Of a DNA stretch of 64,000 nt, positions 1 to 12,949 are shown in pieces (position 1 is the first letter of the stretch; every line of letters begins with the position of its first letter). The position numbers were made by a program, and so were the translations under genes. Source of the stretch: Squalus acanthias (taxonomy: Eukaryota); the NCBI GenBank assembly GCA_030390025.1, contig CM059432.1, positions 112,346,001 through 112,410,000 on the forward strand, written 5' to 3'. A model generated the notes under the pieces. It did no database searches. It saw only the letters and a list, made by a program, of their open reading frames with translations, and had not been told where the DNA came from.

Positions 1-2113
1 ACCAGTTTCTATCCAAGGTAGAGCCGAGAGCCTGCATGGCAGCCATTTGACCTTCTACCTCTAGGTCCTTCTCGGCAGCAAGGGAGACTGCAGCCGGGCC
101 ATAACAAAGGGAGTCAGTGTCCCTAGAGGTGGCATAGGTAGAATGCAGAGTGCTAATGCCATGCGAGATGACACCGTGCAGGCGAAGCAGACTCCTTCAC
201 ATTTTCAGCCATATTATTGAAACACCTTGACATGCCTCCCAATACGCCATAGAATGGCTTGCGTGAGGCAAACTGTTTTCTTTTCATGGGCCCCTGACGT
301 CTTCAACTCTTCTTCTCAGCAGAACTTGGAGAAGACATCGTCCTCTGGCGAGCTCTCTCCTGTGCTGTCCCTGCCACCAGCACCTGCTGCTGCTCATTCA
401 TGCTGGGTGTTTTAATATGTTTAGATCCCTCTGTCTCACTATTCAACCCATGTGGAATGCCAATGTCTGTGCTAGTGCTTGAGAAGGATGGAGTATGTGC
501 ATCCTCAGAAGGATTGTCCACCATTAGGTAACTTCTTCAGGAGCCTCTTGCTGCTGAAAAGGACTTAGAGGAAAGAGAAGGGAGCAAGAGTTTTGATGGC
601 ACTAAGAAACTGGACAATAGCAGGTGGAAGTCTTGAAGTGCTGAATATTTGCTGAGGTGAATGAAGGTTCATAAGTAATATGCAGATAATCTGCTCAAGT
701 AAGCTGCCAGCTTCGCCTTCCCGATGCTCATGGCACTGCCTGGACCACTAATCTCCAGGGCTTCTTGCTCTGCTTAGGTGAGGGCTGTAATGTTGGTTAC
801 TCTTCCCCCTCCCTGGCATAATGCACGGTCTTGTCCTGCAGTAAAAGAGGGCGAGAGTTTGTGAATGGCTGTTGAAAAGGTAATTGGAGATGTGTAGAGC
901 TTGTGCTTATAGTACATGTGTTGAGAGGTGGAGAAGAAGCAAACTGGCATGAGGATGGGGAGGTGATGTATGTAAAGCCAAGTGCATGTAATGTGAAGTA
1001 AGGAAGCAGTGCTGGGAGGAGTTGCTGGTTGTGCAAGTGTAGATGTGAGAAGAGAATGGTGTTAGTGTAGTGTGTGGGTGTGAATAGACCAAAGGAAGAG
1101 TTGTGTTTGGAATAAGAAAGAGAGGTGTTGCAATTAGCCCTTGTGGTTGTATACTGAAGGATATGATGGAGGGGAGGGAATTGTTGCGAGTGGTGGGGGA
1201 GGGCTGAAAGGAGTATTGTCAGGTGTTGTTGAGAGAGATGGAGAGATGAAGAGCTCTACTCACTGTTGCAGCTCTTGTGAGGTCATTGAACCTCTTCTTA
1301 CAATAAAGCCAGGTCCTAGAATCATAGAAACTTACACCAGAGAGTGTTCCAGATCCCAACAACTCTCTGAGTGAAAGAAATTCTCCTAATTTCCACGCTA
1401 GACCTTTTGCCAATGATTTTGAATCTAATACCTCGAGTTATTGACCCACTTGCCAGAGGGAATAGTTTTTCTCTATCTACTCTGTCAAAACCTCTCATCA
1501 TCTTGAAAACCTCTATTAGGACACCTCTTAACCTTTTCTGTTCTAAGGAGAACAGTCCTAACTTTTCCAACCTCTTCTCATAACTTTATTCCCTCATCCA
1601 TGGTAACATCCTGGTAAACCTCCTCTGTATCCTTTCTAAGGCCTTTACATCTTTCCTGAAGTGTGGTGCCCAGAATTGTCCGCAATACTCCAGCTGAGGC
1701 CTAGCCAGTGATTTATAAAGTTCTAACATGATCTCTTGGCTTTTATATTCTATTTCTCTGTTTATAAAGCAAAGTAATCCATATGCTTTTTTAAACACCT
1801 TATCAACTTGCCCTGCCACTTTCAAGGATTTGTGTATATGGACACCAAGATCTCTGTGGCTCATCTACAATTTTCAAAATCGTGCCATTTATAGTATACT
1901 GTCTTTCCGTTTTAGTCCTCCCAAAGTGCATCCCCCAAAGTCCTGGGGATGATGCTGGTGGCACTGACCCTGTCAGCCACCTCTATCCAGGCTTTCTGGA
2001 TATTTGTCCTGGGGATGCTCCTGTGGGTGTTGGGGAACACTCCTTGCCCTGACCTCCTCCACCAGGATCTCCAGGGAGGCATCAGAAAATTTGGGGGCAA
2101 TCCTCCGACTCAT
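1..2113 (-). pseudogene. Harbinger Myb/SANT-like (Myb_DNA-bind_5 type) gene, decayed, 3 exons
   Basis: Reads MSRRIAPKFSDASLEILVEEV...KAWIEVADRVSATSIIPRT|WLYCKKRFNDLTRAAT, then a GTGAGT donor (~1263). Exon 2 (DKTVHYAREGEE) follows a TTTTACTGCAG acceptor (~836); exon 3 acceptor at ~565. Confidence 0.75.
1318..1939 (-). mobile_element. CR1 LINE 3' fragment inserted in the Myb exon
   Basis: CR1 C-terminal motifs (RPQLEYCGQFWAP, LGLFSLEQKRLRG), TTTCTATGATTCT tail, and GTCCT duplicated at 1313-1317 and 1940-1944. Confidence 0.93.
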
Positions 2114-2997
2114 CTCTGGTGCCACAATTGTTTCCAGCACTGTTCAAACAAAATTTAAAGCAGGGAATGCTTTAAGAGGTGCTTTCCCACTTTAAATAGA
2201 CCTCGGGAGGTGGGCATGAAATTCATGTGGGCAGGTTGCCCGATACCCGATGCAGATCATCAATCATTAAAATGAAACCCTGCAGTTACAATCGCCTGGG
2301 CCTTAAGCTCGTGACCTCATGGGAGCTTTCCGCTTGCTTCGCTATCTCTCCTGCCCTAAGTTAAAATTGGGCTATATTGTCTGTTGATTCATTGGATTGT
2401 TTCTGTGACCACTGGCCCCTGCATGACACCTTTTACACAGCTTCTCCTGATTTAACAATTTAATTTGTTATTGTAAGGGCATATTTCAGTAAAACATTTT
2501 AGTATTGTCGTGAATAAAAAATTCCAAAATTTAACCAGAGACTTCCAAAAGCAACAATAGTTTTAATATGTTGACCTCAAAATGGCTTAAAATCTCACTA
2601 GGAATAGCTCAGTATTTAATTGATAATTATTGCCTTACTCTAGGTCCCTTACATATCTGAACTTTGTAAAACATGAGCTATAAGACATTATTTTAGGTGC
2701 CACCACTTCTTTTCCCACCTATGCACTGCAGGAATTCTATTTCTGAGAGCAGCTGAACAGAGATGGTTCTGAGTTTGTTGGCAACAATCTGAAGTTACAA
2801 AATCCACTGATTATGATAGAATTGAAACAGGTACTGTACCTGATAGTGGAAAGAGAATTGAACAATTTTGCCCAGTTGTAGAGATCTTCTGAGTAGTGTG
2901 TTCTTTGTTTTTCATAGGGGTTTTCAATTATCTGAACTACTCATGAGACACAGAACTGTTTAAATAATCAGGTGGCAGCTTTTCATTTAGTACATTT

Positions 2998-4340
2998 ATT
3001 GGAAAGAATTCTGAAGGACAGGATATATCTTCATTTAGAAAGACACAGATTAATCAAGGATAGTCAGCACGGATTTGTTAAGGGAAGGTCGTGTCTGACA
3101 AACTTGATTGAATTTTTTGAGGAGGTAACAAGGAGGGTAGATGAGGGTAGTGCGTTTGATATAGTGTATATGGACTTTAGCAAGGCTTTTGATAAGGTTC
3201 CACATGGCAGACTGGTCACGAAGTTAAAAGCCCATGGGATCCAGGGCAAAGTGTCAAGTTGGATTCAAAACTGGCTCGGAAACAGGAAGCAGAGGGTGGG
3301 TGTTTTTGTGACTGGAAGGCTGTTTCCAGTGGGGTTCCGCAGGGCTCAGTACTAGGTCCCTTGCTTTTTGTGGTATATATCAACGATCTAGACTTGAATA
3401 TAGTGGGTATGATTAAGAAGTTTGCAGATGATACTAAAATCGGCTGTGTGGTTGATACTGAAGAAGGAAGCTGTAGACTGCAGGAAGATATCAATAAATT
3501 GGACAGAACAGTGGCAAATGGAATGCAATCCGGAGAAGTGTGAGGTAATGCATTTGGGGAGGGCTAACAAGGAAAGGGAATACACATTAAATGGTAGGAC
3601 ACTGAGTAGTGTAGAGGAACAAAGGGACCTTGGAGTGCATGTCCACAGATCCCTGAAGGTAGCAGGCCAGGTAGATAGGGTGGTTAAGAAGGCATACAGA
3701 ATGCTTGCCTTTATTAGCCGTGGCATAGAAGACAAGAGCAGGGGGGTTATGCTTCAACTGTATAAAACACTAGTTAGGCCTCAGCTAGAATACTGCATGC
3801 AGTTCTGGTCACCACATTACAGGAAAGATGTGATTGCACTAGAGAGGGTACAGAGGAGATTTACAAGGATATTGCCGGGAGTAGAGAATCTTAGCTATGA
3901 GGAAAGACTGGATAGGCTGGGTCTGTTTTCCTTGGAACAGAGGAGGCTGAGGGGAGACCTTATTGAGGTGTATAAAATTATGAGGGGCATAGATAAAGTG
4001 GATAGAAAGGACCTATTTCCCTTAGCAGAGGGGTCAAAAACCAGGGGGCACAGATTTAAAGTAATTGGTTGAAGGTTTAGAGGGGATTTGAGGGGAAATG
4101 TCTTCACCCAGAGGGTTGTGGGGGTCTGGAACTCACTGCCTAAAAGGGTGGTAGAGGCAGGAACCCTAACCACATTTAAAAAGTACTTGGATGTGCACTT
4201 GGGATGCTCTAACCTGCAGGGCTACGGACCAAGAGCTGGGAAGTGGAATTAGGCTGGATAGCTCTTTGTTGGCCGGCGCGGACACAATGGGCCGAAATGG
4301 CCTCCTTCCGTGCTGTAACTTTCTATGATTCTATGATTCT
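2998..4340 (+). mobile_element. CR1 LINE, 5'-truncated (RT domain + 3' UTR)
   Basis: QHGFVKGRSCLTNL, DFSKAFDKV, GVPQGSVLGP, FADD; (TTCTATGA)n tail. Confidence 0.95.
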
Positions 4341-5284
4341 ACATGTACTGTACATGAGAAAAAAAAACAAGAGCTTGCATAATGAGGAAGCTTGAAAATT
4401 GGGCAAAATGTGGAGTTTGCTTAATAAGAAAATTTAGTTAATTAAGACAAATAGTGTTTTTGAATAAATTGACCAAAGCTAGAGTTTAGCTAGTTAGGAA
4501 CGGAGTGGACAGTCTGAAGTCCACTGCATTAACTTGTACTTAATTGTCGACTGCCAACTTTTGAGGCTAAGCTGCAGGAAATACTTATGGCACAATTGAC
4601 TCACTCCAATAATTTGAAGTGTTTTCCCAGAGTGATACAAGTTCTTGTGCAGCGCAGTTGATCCTCCTGATTTAACTAGGGCCCATTGGTAATTGGATGG
4701 GTCTGTGATGACTTGAGGGCTGTTTTGATAAAAAGGTTTTCTGTTGATATTATTCAGTGTAACCTGAGGCTAAGCACATTACGCTGGGTGAATCATGTGA
4801 CCTGGAATGCCCGTGCATGTGGAAACAGATGTTACAGAATCAGACTATTCAATTTGAGGGCAAAATGAGCTATTCGAACACCGTAGTCTATACAATCTCT
4901 ATTTAAGTGTTGCTCTCAGTTCTATAGAACATAGAGAATCCTCACAATGACATTATATAATCAGAAGCAAAAATCTACAGTTCTGTTGACAATAATATTA
5001 AACTTCTGTTTGTGCTGGTTGTTAATCTGTTTATAAAATCATATCGCATTGTGATGAATTCTAACCTGGCACAAATGTAAAAATTATTTTAACAAATATC
5101 TGTTACTGTATTGTGAGGAATTGTGTTCAGGCACTGCATTCGGATGTGACTCAACCTTTGTCCCGGATTGCCATTGTGTTTAATAATTTTACTTAAGTTG
5201 TTGCTGATGTTTATTTGCTAACTATTTTATTTTAAATGATTATGCAATATAAAAGTTGAGCTAAAATACCCAAGAGACTGGAGA

Positions 5285-5485
5285 GCACTGTATGTGAAAG
5301 CACTATCCGTTCACCTCTGAGACCTGGGTTTGAATGCATATGCAACCCAGACTGAGAAGTGAAAGTCTCCACTCTCTTAACAGCTGTTAAAGCTCCTAAG
5401 AGACATATCAAGCAGCATTCTCAGTTCCCAGTGGACATGAGCCCCCAACACAAATCTACACCCAAAGTTCACAACTGGCATGGGA
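5285..5485 (+). mobile_element. LF-SINE-like ancient SINE fragment
   Basis: Colinear blocks TTCACCTCT..GGTTTGAAT..CCCAG, GAAAGTC, CAGTTCCCAGTGGACA and CACAACTGGCA match the LF-SINE consensus as I recall it; not confirmed by search. Confidence 0.5.
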
Positions 5486-5739
5486 AAAAAATGATGATGA
5501 TTTCTGAATACAGCTTGAGGTCAAGGGAGGCGTTGCATAGATTTGATAGTGAACAACGCTTACACATACCATATGTGTGGCTTGATATAGGATGGTTTGT
5601 TTGTGATTAATTATGTCAAAATCAACTGTTAATATTAAAACTGCTGCTCTAACTTTGGCCGGCATTCTCCACTCCCCCGCCCCATTTTCTGCACTTACTC
5701 TTTTGAAAAGTGATTCATGTTGGCATTTGGTTCCAGGGA

Positions 5740-6100
5740 CGTTGCCAGTCTTGCAATACCTCACTCAAGTGGCTATTCTCTGTGTGCGTGTTCTGCACGC
5801 ACCTTGACGGGGAGTGTTGGCAGGTTATTTGACCATGGGGAAATCACAACAAGCCCAGTTCTGCCTTTATTTTTGCATGAACCAGTTCCAGCAGGAAACA
5901 CTGAATATGAGCAATAGTAAGAACTCTGGTCATTTTCCCCCGCTCTAGCTCAGAGAGAATGAGGCCAATTATAGCACCATCACCACTGTCCTGGCTGAGA
6001 TCAGCTCCCTCAGCATGGACTAGTGATTGAACCTAGAACCTTCAAAGTCTGTAGGGCCCAGTGCAATATCATGTGCTGCATTTACCCAAGTAGGCATCAG
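5740..6100 (-). mobile_element. Old tRNA-derived SINE (possibly AmnSINE2-like)
   Basis: Minus strand has a B-box-like GGTTCAATC followed by TGCTGAG..AGCTGATCTCAGCC..ATAATTGGCCTCA; the family name is tentative. Confidence 0.4.
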
Positions 6101-6820
6101 GGGCCTTTCATTAACATTTTAATTGTAATATTGTTTGCCCATTTTGTTGTTGTGCTACATAATCAAAATCTTGCATTTATATAGCGCTTTTAACGTAGGA
6201 AAACATCCCAAGCTGCTTCACAGAAGCATAATCAGATAAAAACTGACACTGAGCCAAAGGAGATATTAGGAGGAGTGACTAAAAGCTTGGTTCAAGAGGT
6301 AGGTTTTAACGAGGGTCTTAAAGGAGGAAAGAGAGGTGGAAAGCATTAGGGAAGGAATTCCAGAGCTTAAGAGTCCAGATGGCTGAAGGCAAGGCCACCA
6401 ACAATGGATCGAAGGGCGTGGAGGATGTGTAAGAGGCCAGAGTTCGAGGAACGCAGAGTTCTTGGAGGGTTGTAGGGCCGGAGGAGGTTACTGAGATAGG
6501 GAGGGATAATGAAAGGATTTGAACACAAGCATGAGAATTTTAAAATGGAAGAGTTGGTTGACTGGGATACAATGTAGATCAGCGAGCACAGGGTTGATTA
6601 GTGAACAGGACTTGTTGCGAGTTAGGATAGGGCAGCAGAGTTTTGGTTGAGCTCAAGTTTATACAGGATGAAGGATGGGAGGTTGGCCAGGAGAGCACGG
6701 GACTAGTTGAGTCTCGAGGTGACAAAAGCATGGATGATGCTGTCAGCAGCAGATAAGATGAGGCAGGGGCAGAGACAGGCAATGTTACGGAGGTGGAAGT
6801 AGGCGTTCTTTGTAATGGAG

Positions 6821-7618
6821 ACAGAAAGGCAGACTCAAAAACAGAAAGGCAGACTATTATCTGAATGGCAATAGATTGGGAGAAGGGGAAGTGCAACGAG
6901 ACCTGGGTGTCCTTGTGCACCAGTCGCTGCAAGTAAGCATGCAGGTGCAGCAGGTGGTGAAGAAGGCAAATGGTATGTCGGCCTTCATAGCGAAAGGGTT
7001 TGAATATAGGAACAGGGATGTCCTGCTGCAGTTGTACAGGGCCTTGGTGAGACCACATCTTGAGTACTGTGTGCAGTTTTGGTCGCCTTATCTGAGGAAG
7101 GATGTTCTTGCCATGGAAGGAGTTCAGCGAAGATTCACAAGGCTGATACCTGGGATGGCAGGAATGACATATGAGGAGATATTGGGTCGATTGGGCTTAT
7201 ACTCGCTGGAGTATAGAAGAATGAGAGGGGATCTCATCGAAACATATAAAATTCTGACAGGTCTGGACAAACTAGATGCAGGAAGAATGTTCCCGATGGT
7301 CGGAGAGTCCAGAACCAGGGGTCATAATCTAAGGATAAGGGGTAAGCCATTTAGGACAGAAATGAGGAAGAGTTTCTTCACCCAGAGAGTGGTGAACCTG
7401 TGGAATTCTCTACCACAGAAGGTAGTTGAGGCAAAGTCATTAAATATATTCAAGAATGAGTTAGATATATTTCTTAAAGCTAAAGGTATCAAGGGATATG
7501 GGGAGAAGGCAGGTACAGGGTACTGAGTTTGGATGATCAGCCATGATCTCATCGAATGGCGGAGCAGGCTCAAGGGGCCAAATGGCCTACTCCTGCTCCT
7601 ATCTTCTATGTTTCTATG
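6821..7618 (+). mobile_element. CR1 LINE 3' fragment
   Basis: ORF 6876-7526 is the CR1 C-terminus; TTCTATGTTTCTATG tail; 15-bp ACAGAAAGGCAGACT duplicated at the 5' junction. Confidence 0.95.
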
Positions 7619-7619
7619 A

Positions 7620-8500
7620 TATGAGAATGCAAGGAGGCTTCAAGGGGATATAGACAGGCTAAGTGAGTGGGCAAGAACATGGCAAATGGAATATAATGTG
7701 GAGAAATGTGAAGTTATCCACTTTGGTCGGAAAAATAGAAAAGCATAGTATTTTTTAAATGGTGAGAGATTGGGAAATGTTGGTGTTCAGAGGGACCTGG
7801 GTGTCCTTGTACACGAATCACTGAAAGTTAACATGCAGGTACAGCAAGCAATTAGGAAAGCCAGATGGTATGTTGGACTTTATTACAAGAGGATTTGAGT
7901 ATAAGAGTAAAGACGTCTTACTGCAATTATATAGGGTCCTGGTGAGACCACATCTAGAGTATTGTGTACAGTTTTAGTCTCCTTACCTAAGGAAGGATAT
8001 ACTTCCCATAGAGGGAGTGCAACAAAGGTTCACCAGACTGATTCCTGGGATGGGGGGATTGTCCTATGAGGACAGATTGAGTAGACTAGGGATATATTCT
8101 CTAGAGTTTAGAAGAATGAGAGGTGATCTCATTGAAACATACAAAATTCTTACAGGGCTTGACAGAGTAGATGCAGGGAGGATGTTTCCCCTGGCTGGGG
8201 AGTCTAGGACCTTGGTCACAGTCTCAGAATAAGGGGTTGGCCATTTAGGACTGAGATGAGGAGAAATTTCTTCACTCACGAGGGTGGTGAATCTTTGGAT
8301 TTCTCTACCCCAGAGGGCTATGGAGGCTCAGTCGTTGAGTATATTCAAGACAGAGATCGATAAATTTTTGAATATTAGGGGAATCAAGGGATATGGGGAT
8401 AGTGCAGGAAAGTGGAGATGAGGTAGAAGATCAGCCATGATCTTATTGAATGGCGGAGCAGACTCGAAGGGCCAATGGCCTACTCCTGCTCCTATTTCTT
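7620..8500 (+). mobile_element. CR1 LINE 3' fragment (different subfamily, directly abutting the previous copy)
   Basis: QQRFTRLIPGMGGLSYEDRL..; CR1 3' UTR ending CCTATTTCTT. Confidence 0.93.
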
Positions 8501-9999
8501 AAATAGGACGGCAAAGTTGGGAATAGTTTGATTCAGCCCCAGTGAGTGGCCGGGGAAGAGGATGGAATTGGTGGAGAGGGAACGGAATTTGTAATGGGGG
8601 CCACAGACAATGGCTTTGGTCTTCCCAATGTTGAACTGGAGAAAATTGCTGCCCATCCAGAACTGGATGTGGATGGGTTTGAAAGAGGTGGTGGAGAGGT
8701 AGAGTTAGCTATCGTCAGCGTACATGTGGAACTTGACGTCATGTCTTGAGCTGATTTTGCTGAGGGGCAGATTCTAGATTAGGAGTAGGAGGGGGTCAAG
8801 GTAGATCCTTGAAGGACGCGAGATAAGGCGGTGGGGAAAAAAAAACATTGTTGAAGATTATTTGACTACCATTGGAGATGTAAAACTAGAACCAAGCAAG
8901 GGCAGTCCCAGTCAGATGGATAATGGAGAGGAATTGGAAAAGGATGGTGAGGCCAACTGTGTCAAAGGCTGCAAGGAAATCAAGAGGACAAGGAAGGGTA
9001 GTGCATCACAGCTGCAGTCACGGTGGATGTCATTTGTGACTTTGATTAGGTCCGTTTCAGCACTGTGGCAGGACGGAAACCTGATTGAAGACGCTCAAAC
9101 ATAGAGTTGCGGGGAAAATGGGCAAGGATTTGAAAGACGACAACATGTTCAGGAACTTTGGAGAGGAAAGGGAAGTTGGAGAAGGGGTGGTAGTTTGCAA
9201 GGACAGAGGAGTCGAGAATGGGTTTTTTGAGGAGTGGGTGACGATGGCGGTTTTGAAAGAGAAAGAAGCTGTACCTGAGGAAAGGGACCTGTTTACAATG
9301 CAAGCGAGTGGGAGGACTGGAAGTGAAGTTGGATGGTCAGCAGTTCAGTGGCAATAGGTCGAGAGATCAGAAGATGGGTCTCGGAGGAAATGAGCTCAGA
9401 AAGAGCACAAGGGGAGATGGGAATAAAAATAGAGGATGAGGGCTAGGGCAGGAGGGAAGCTTGGTGGAAATTTAGCTTGGTGGCCAAGGGGAAGCAGAGG
9501 CAGCTGAACAGATACCTCAATCTTAGTGACAAAGAAGTCCTAAAGCTCCTTGCACTTTTCGTTGGAGGTGAAGGTGGAGGGGGGCAGGCGAGAGGGGTTT
9601 AAGGCGACGATTGGTAGTGGAGAAAAAGAGCCAGGGCATAGCTTGCATTCCAGGATGATCCTGGAATAGTGAGCAGTTTCGCAGAGAAGATAATGTGGCA
9701 ATCAATGGCTAAACCAGTTGTGCACCGGATTAATTAAAGTCTTTGTCCTTTGGACTGGAGGGAATGAAAATGGGCATGTACCAGGGGAAAAGACCAGGGT
9801 GGGAGTAAGGGTTTTACTTGAAACAAGATCATCAAAGGATGAGGTGAGGGAGTGATTGAGCAGATCAACAACTGCAGAAGTATTATGGTGAACTGAGGGT
9901 CAAATGCTGGACAATTGGGTGTTTGAGGTGCAGTTTGAAGTGATTCGGTGGAGATTCTTTTCCAGAGGTGGATGAAGAAGGAAGTGGAGAAGGGCAATG

Positions 10000-12760
10000 T
10001 GACTGGTTGCAAGGTGGCTAAGGTTGGGAACTAAATGTTCCAAGGTACTTGACATTTTGAAAAGACAGGCAGAATGGAAAAGGAGAGGGAGTAGCCCTGA
10101 TAATAAAGGACGACATAAGGGCAGTAGTGAGAAAAGATCTCAGCTCGGAAGATCAGGAAGTCGAATCAGTATGGATGGAGATAAGGAATAACAAGGGGCA
10201 GAAAACACTAGTAGGAGTAGTATATAGGCCCCCTAACAGTAGCTATACCTTTGGACAGAATATTAATCAAGAAATAGTAGGAGCTTGCAACAAAGGTAAT
10301 GCAATAATCTTGGGGAACTTTAATCTTCATGAAGACTGGACAAATCAAATTGGCAAAGGTAGTCTGGAGGACGAGTTCATGGAATGAATTTGGGACAGTT
10401 TCCGAGAACAATATGTCATGGTACCAACCAGGGAACAGGCTATTTTAGATCTTGTATTGTGTAATGAGACAGGGTTAATTAGCAATCTCATAGTAAAGGA
10501 TCCTCTGGGGCAGAGTGATCATAATATGATCGAAGTTTACATTAATTTTGAGAGTGACTAGCCTTAGATCGAAACTAGAGTCTTAAAATTAAATCAAGCC
10601 AATTACATAGGTATGAGGGGCGAGTTGGCTAAGGCAGTGTAGCAAAATAGATTAAAAGGTATGGCGGTAGATAAGCAGTGGCAAGCATTTAAAGAAATAT
10701 TTCATAATTCTCAACAAAAATACATTCCATTGAGAAACAAAACCTCCACGGGAAAAGTGATCAAACCGTGGCTAACTAAAGAAGTTAAGGATAGCATTAG
10801 ATTGAAAGAAGAAGCTTATAATGTTGCAAAGAATAATAGTAAGCCTGAGGATTGGGAGAGTTTCAGAAACCAGCAAAGGTTGATAAAAAAATTGATAAAA
10901 AGGGGAAAAAATAGAATGAGAGAAAACTAGCAAGAAATATAAAAGCAGATTGTAAGAGTTTCTACAAGTATGTAAAAAGGAAAAGAGTAGCAAAAGTAAA
11001 CGTTGGTCCCTTAGAGGCTGAGACAGGAGAAATTATTATGGGGAATAAGGAAATGGCAGAAATGTTAAACAAATATTTTGTATCTGTCTTCACAGTAGAA
11101 GACACAAAAAGCATACCAAAAATGGTGGGGAATCAAGGGTCTAATGAGGGTGAGGAACTTAACGTAATTAATATAAGTAGAGAAAAAGTACTGAAGAAAC
11201 TAATGGGACTAAAAGCCGACAAATCCCCTGGACCTGACGGCCTACATCCTAGGGTTCTAAAAGAGGTGGCTGAAGAGATAGTGATCTTCCAAAATTCCCT
11301 AGATTCTGGAATGGTGCCAGCGGATTGGAAGGTCGTAAATGTAACATCGTTATTCAAGAAAGGAGGGAGAGAAAAAACAGGGAACTACAGGCCAGTTAGC
11401 CTGACATCAGTCGCCGGGAAAATGCTGGAATCCATTGTTAAGGAAGTCACTTAGAAAATCATAACATGATTAGGCAGAGTCAACATGGTTTTATGAAAGG
11501 GAAATCGTGTTTGACAAATTTATTAGAGTTTTTTGAGGATGGAACTAGCAGGGTAGATAAAGGGGAACCAGTGGATGTAGTATATTTGGATTTCCAAAAG
11601 GCATTCGATAAGGTGCCACATAAAAGGTTATTACACAAGATTAGGGCTCATGGGGTTGGGGGTAATATAGTAGCATGGATAGAGGATTGGTTAACGGACA
11701 GTAAAACAGAGAGTAGGGATAAAAGGATCTTTTTCAGGTTGGCAGGCTGTAACTAGTGGTGTGCCGCAAGGATCAGTGTTGGGGCCTCAGCTATTTACAA
11801 TCTATTAATGACCTAGATGAAGGGACCGAGTGTAATGTATCCAAGTTTGTTGATGATACAAAGCTAGGTGGGACACAAAGCTGTGAGGAGAACACAGAGT
11901 CTGCAAAGGGATATAGATAGACTAAGTGAGTGGGCAGTAAGGTGGCAGATGGAGTATAATGTAGGGAAATGTGAGGTTATTCACTTTGGTAGGAAGAATA
12001 GAAAAACAGAATATTTTTTAAATGGTGAGAAACTTTCAAATGTTGATGTTCAGAGAGATTTGGGTGTCCTCGTGCAAGAAACACAGAAAGCTAGCATACA
12101 GGTACAGCAAGCAATAAGTAAGGCAAATGGCATGTTGGCCTTTATTACAAGGGGGTTGGAGTATAAGAGTAAGGAAGTCTTGCTACAATTGTACAGGGCC
12201 TTGGCGAGACCACACCTGGAGTACTGTGCAGAGTTTTGGTCTCCTTATCTAAGGAAGGATATACTTGCCTTGGAGGCGGTGCAACGAAGGTTCACTAGAT
12301 TGATTCCTGGGATGGGAGGGCTGTCCTATGATGAGAGATTGTGTAGAATGGGCCTATACTCTCTGGAGTTTAGAAGAATGAGAGGTGATCTCATTGAAAC
12401 ATACAAGATTCTGAAGGGGATTGACAGGGTAGATGCTGAGAGGTTGTTTCTCCTGGCTGGAGTGTCTAGAACTAGGGGGCATAGTCTAAGGATAAGGGGT
12501 CGGCCATTTAAGACTGAGATGAGGAGGAATTTCTTCACTTAGAGGGTTGTGAATCTTTGGAATTCTCTGCCCCAGAGGGCTGTGAATGCTGCGTCTTTGA
12601 GTATATTCAAGGCTGAGATAGATAGATTTTTGGACTCTAGGGGAATCAAGGGATATGGAGATCAGGCGGGAAAGTGGAGTTGAGGTCGATGATCAGCCAT
12701 GATCTTATTGATCTTATACAGGCTCAAGGGGCCGTATGGCCTACTCCTGCTCTTATTATG
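10000..12760 (+). mobile_element. CR1 LINE ORF2 (endonuclease + RT), frameshifted
   Basis: VGVVYRPP, GNFNL, KSPGPDGLHPRVL, NYRPVSLTS, QHGFMKGKSCLTNL, plus C-terminus and 3' UTR. Confidence 0.95.
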
Positions 12761-12949
12761 ATACGAGGAAGTGATCAGTGATGGCCTTGTCTGTGATTGA
12801 GACGATGGGAATAGAGAGGCCAAAGGAGATGGCAAGGTCAAGAAGTGGCCGTGAATATGGGTAGGAGAGTTTTTATGGAGTGAGAGGTTAAGAGAGAACA
12901 GGAGTATGAGTAGAACTGCGATGGGCAACCAGAGAATAATTCAACACAT

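Larger units (their letters stand above)
1..2374. mobile_element. PIF/Harbinger transposon copy A (right part; runs off the window start)
   Basis: Carries a decayed Myb/SANT gene homologous to those at 39698-41009 and 50761-52610; ends in AAAATTGGGC (~2363-2372), resembling the complement of the GGGCTGGATTTT terminus at 15852. Confidence 0.7.
6168..12945 (-). mobile_element. L2 LINE in three pieces (6168-6820, ~8500-10000, ~12760-12945) separated by CR1 insertions
   Basis: L2 3' tail (AAAAGCGCTATATAAATGCAAG), RT remnants (LLKKPILDSSVLANY..PFLSKV, QSGFRP), endonuclease remnant SPTHIHGH; colinear with the L2 at 27785-28656. Confidence 0.85.

Noticed and set aside
2731..2830. Exon bounded by CTGCAG and CAG|GTACTG
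   Set aside because: Stops in all three frames; a non-coding exon cannot be supported from sequence alone.
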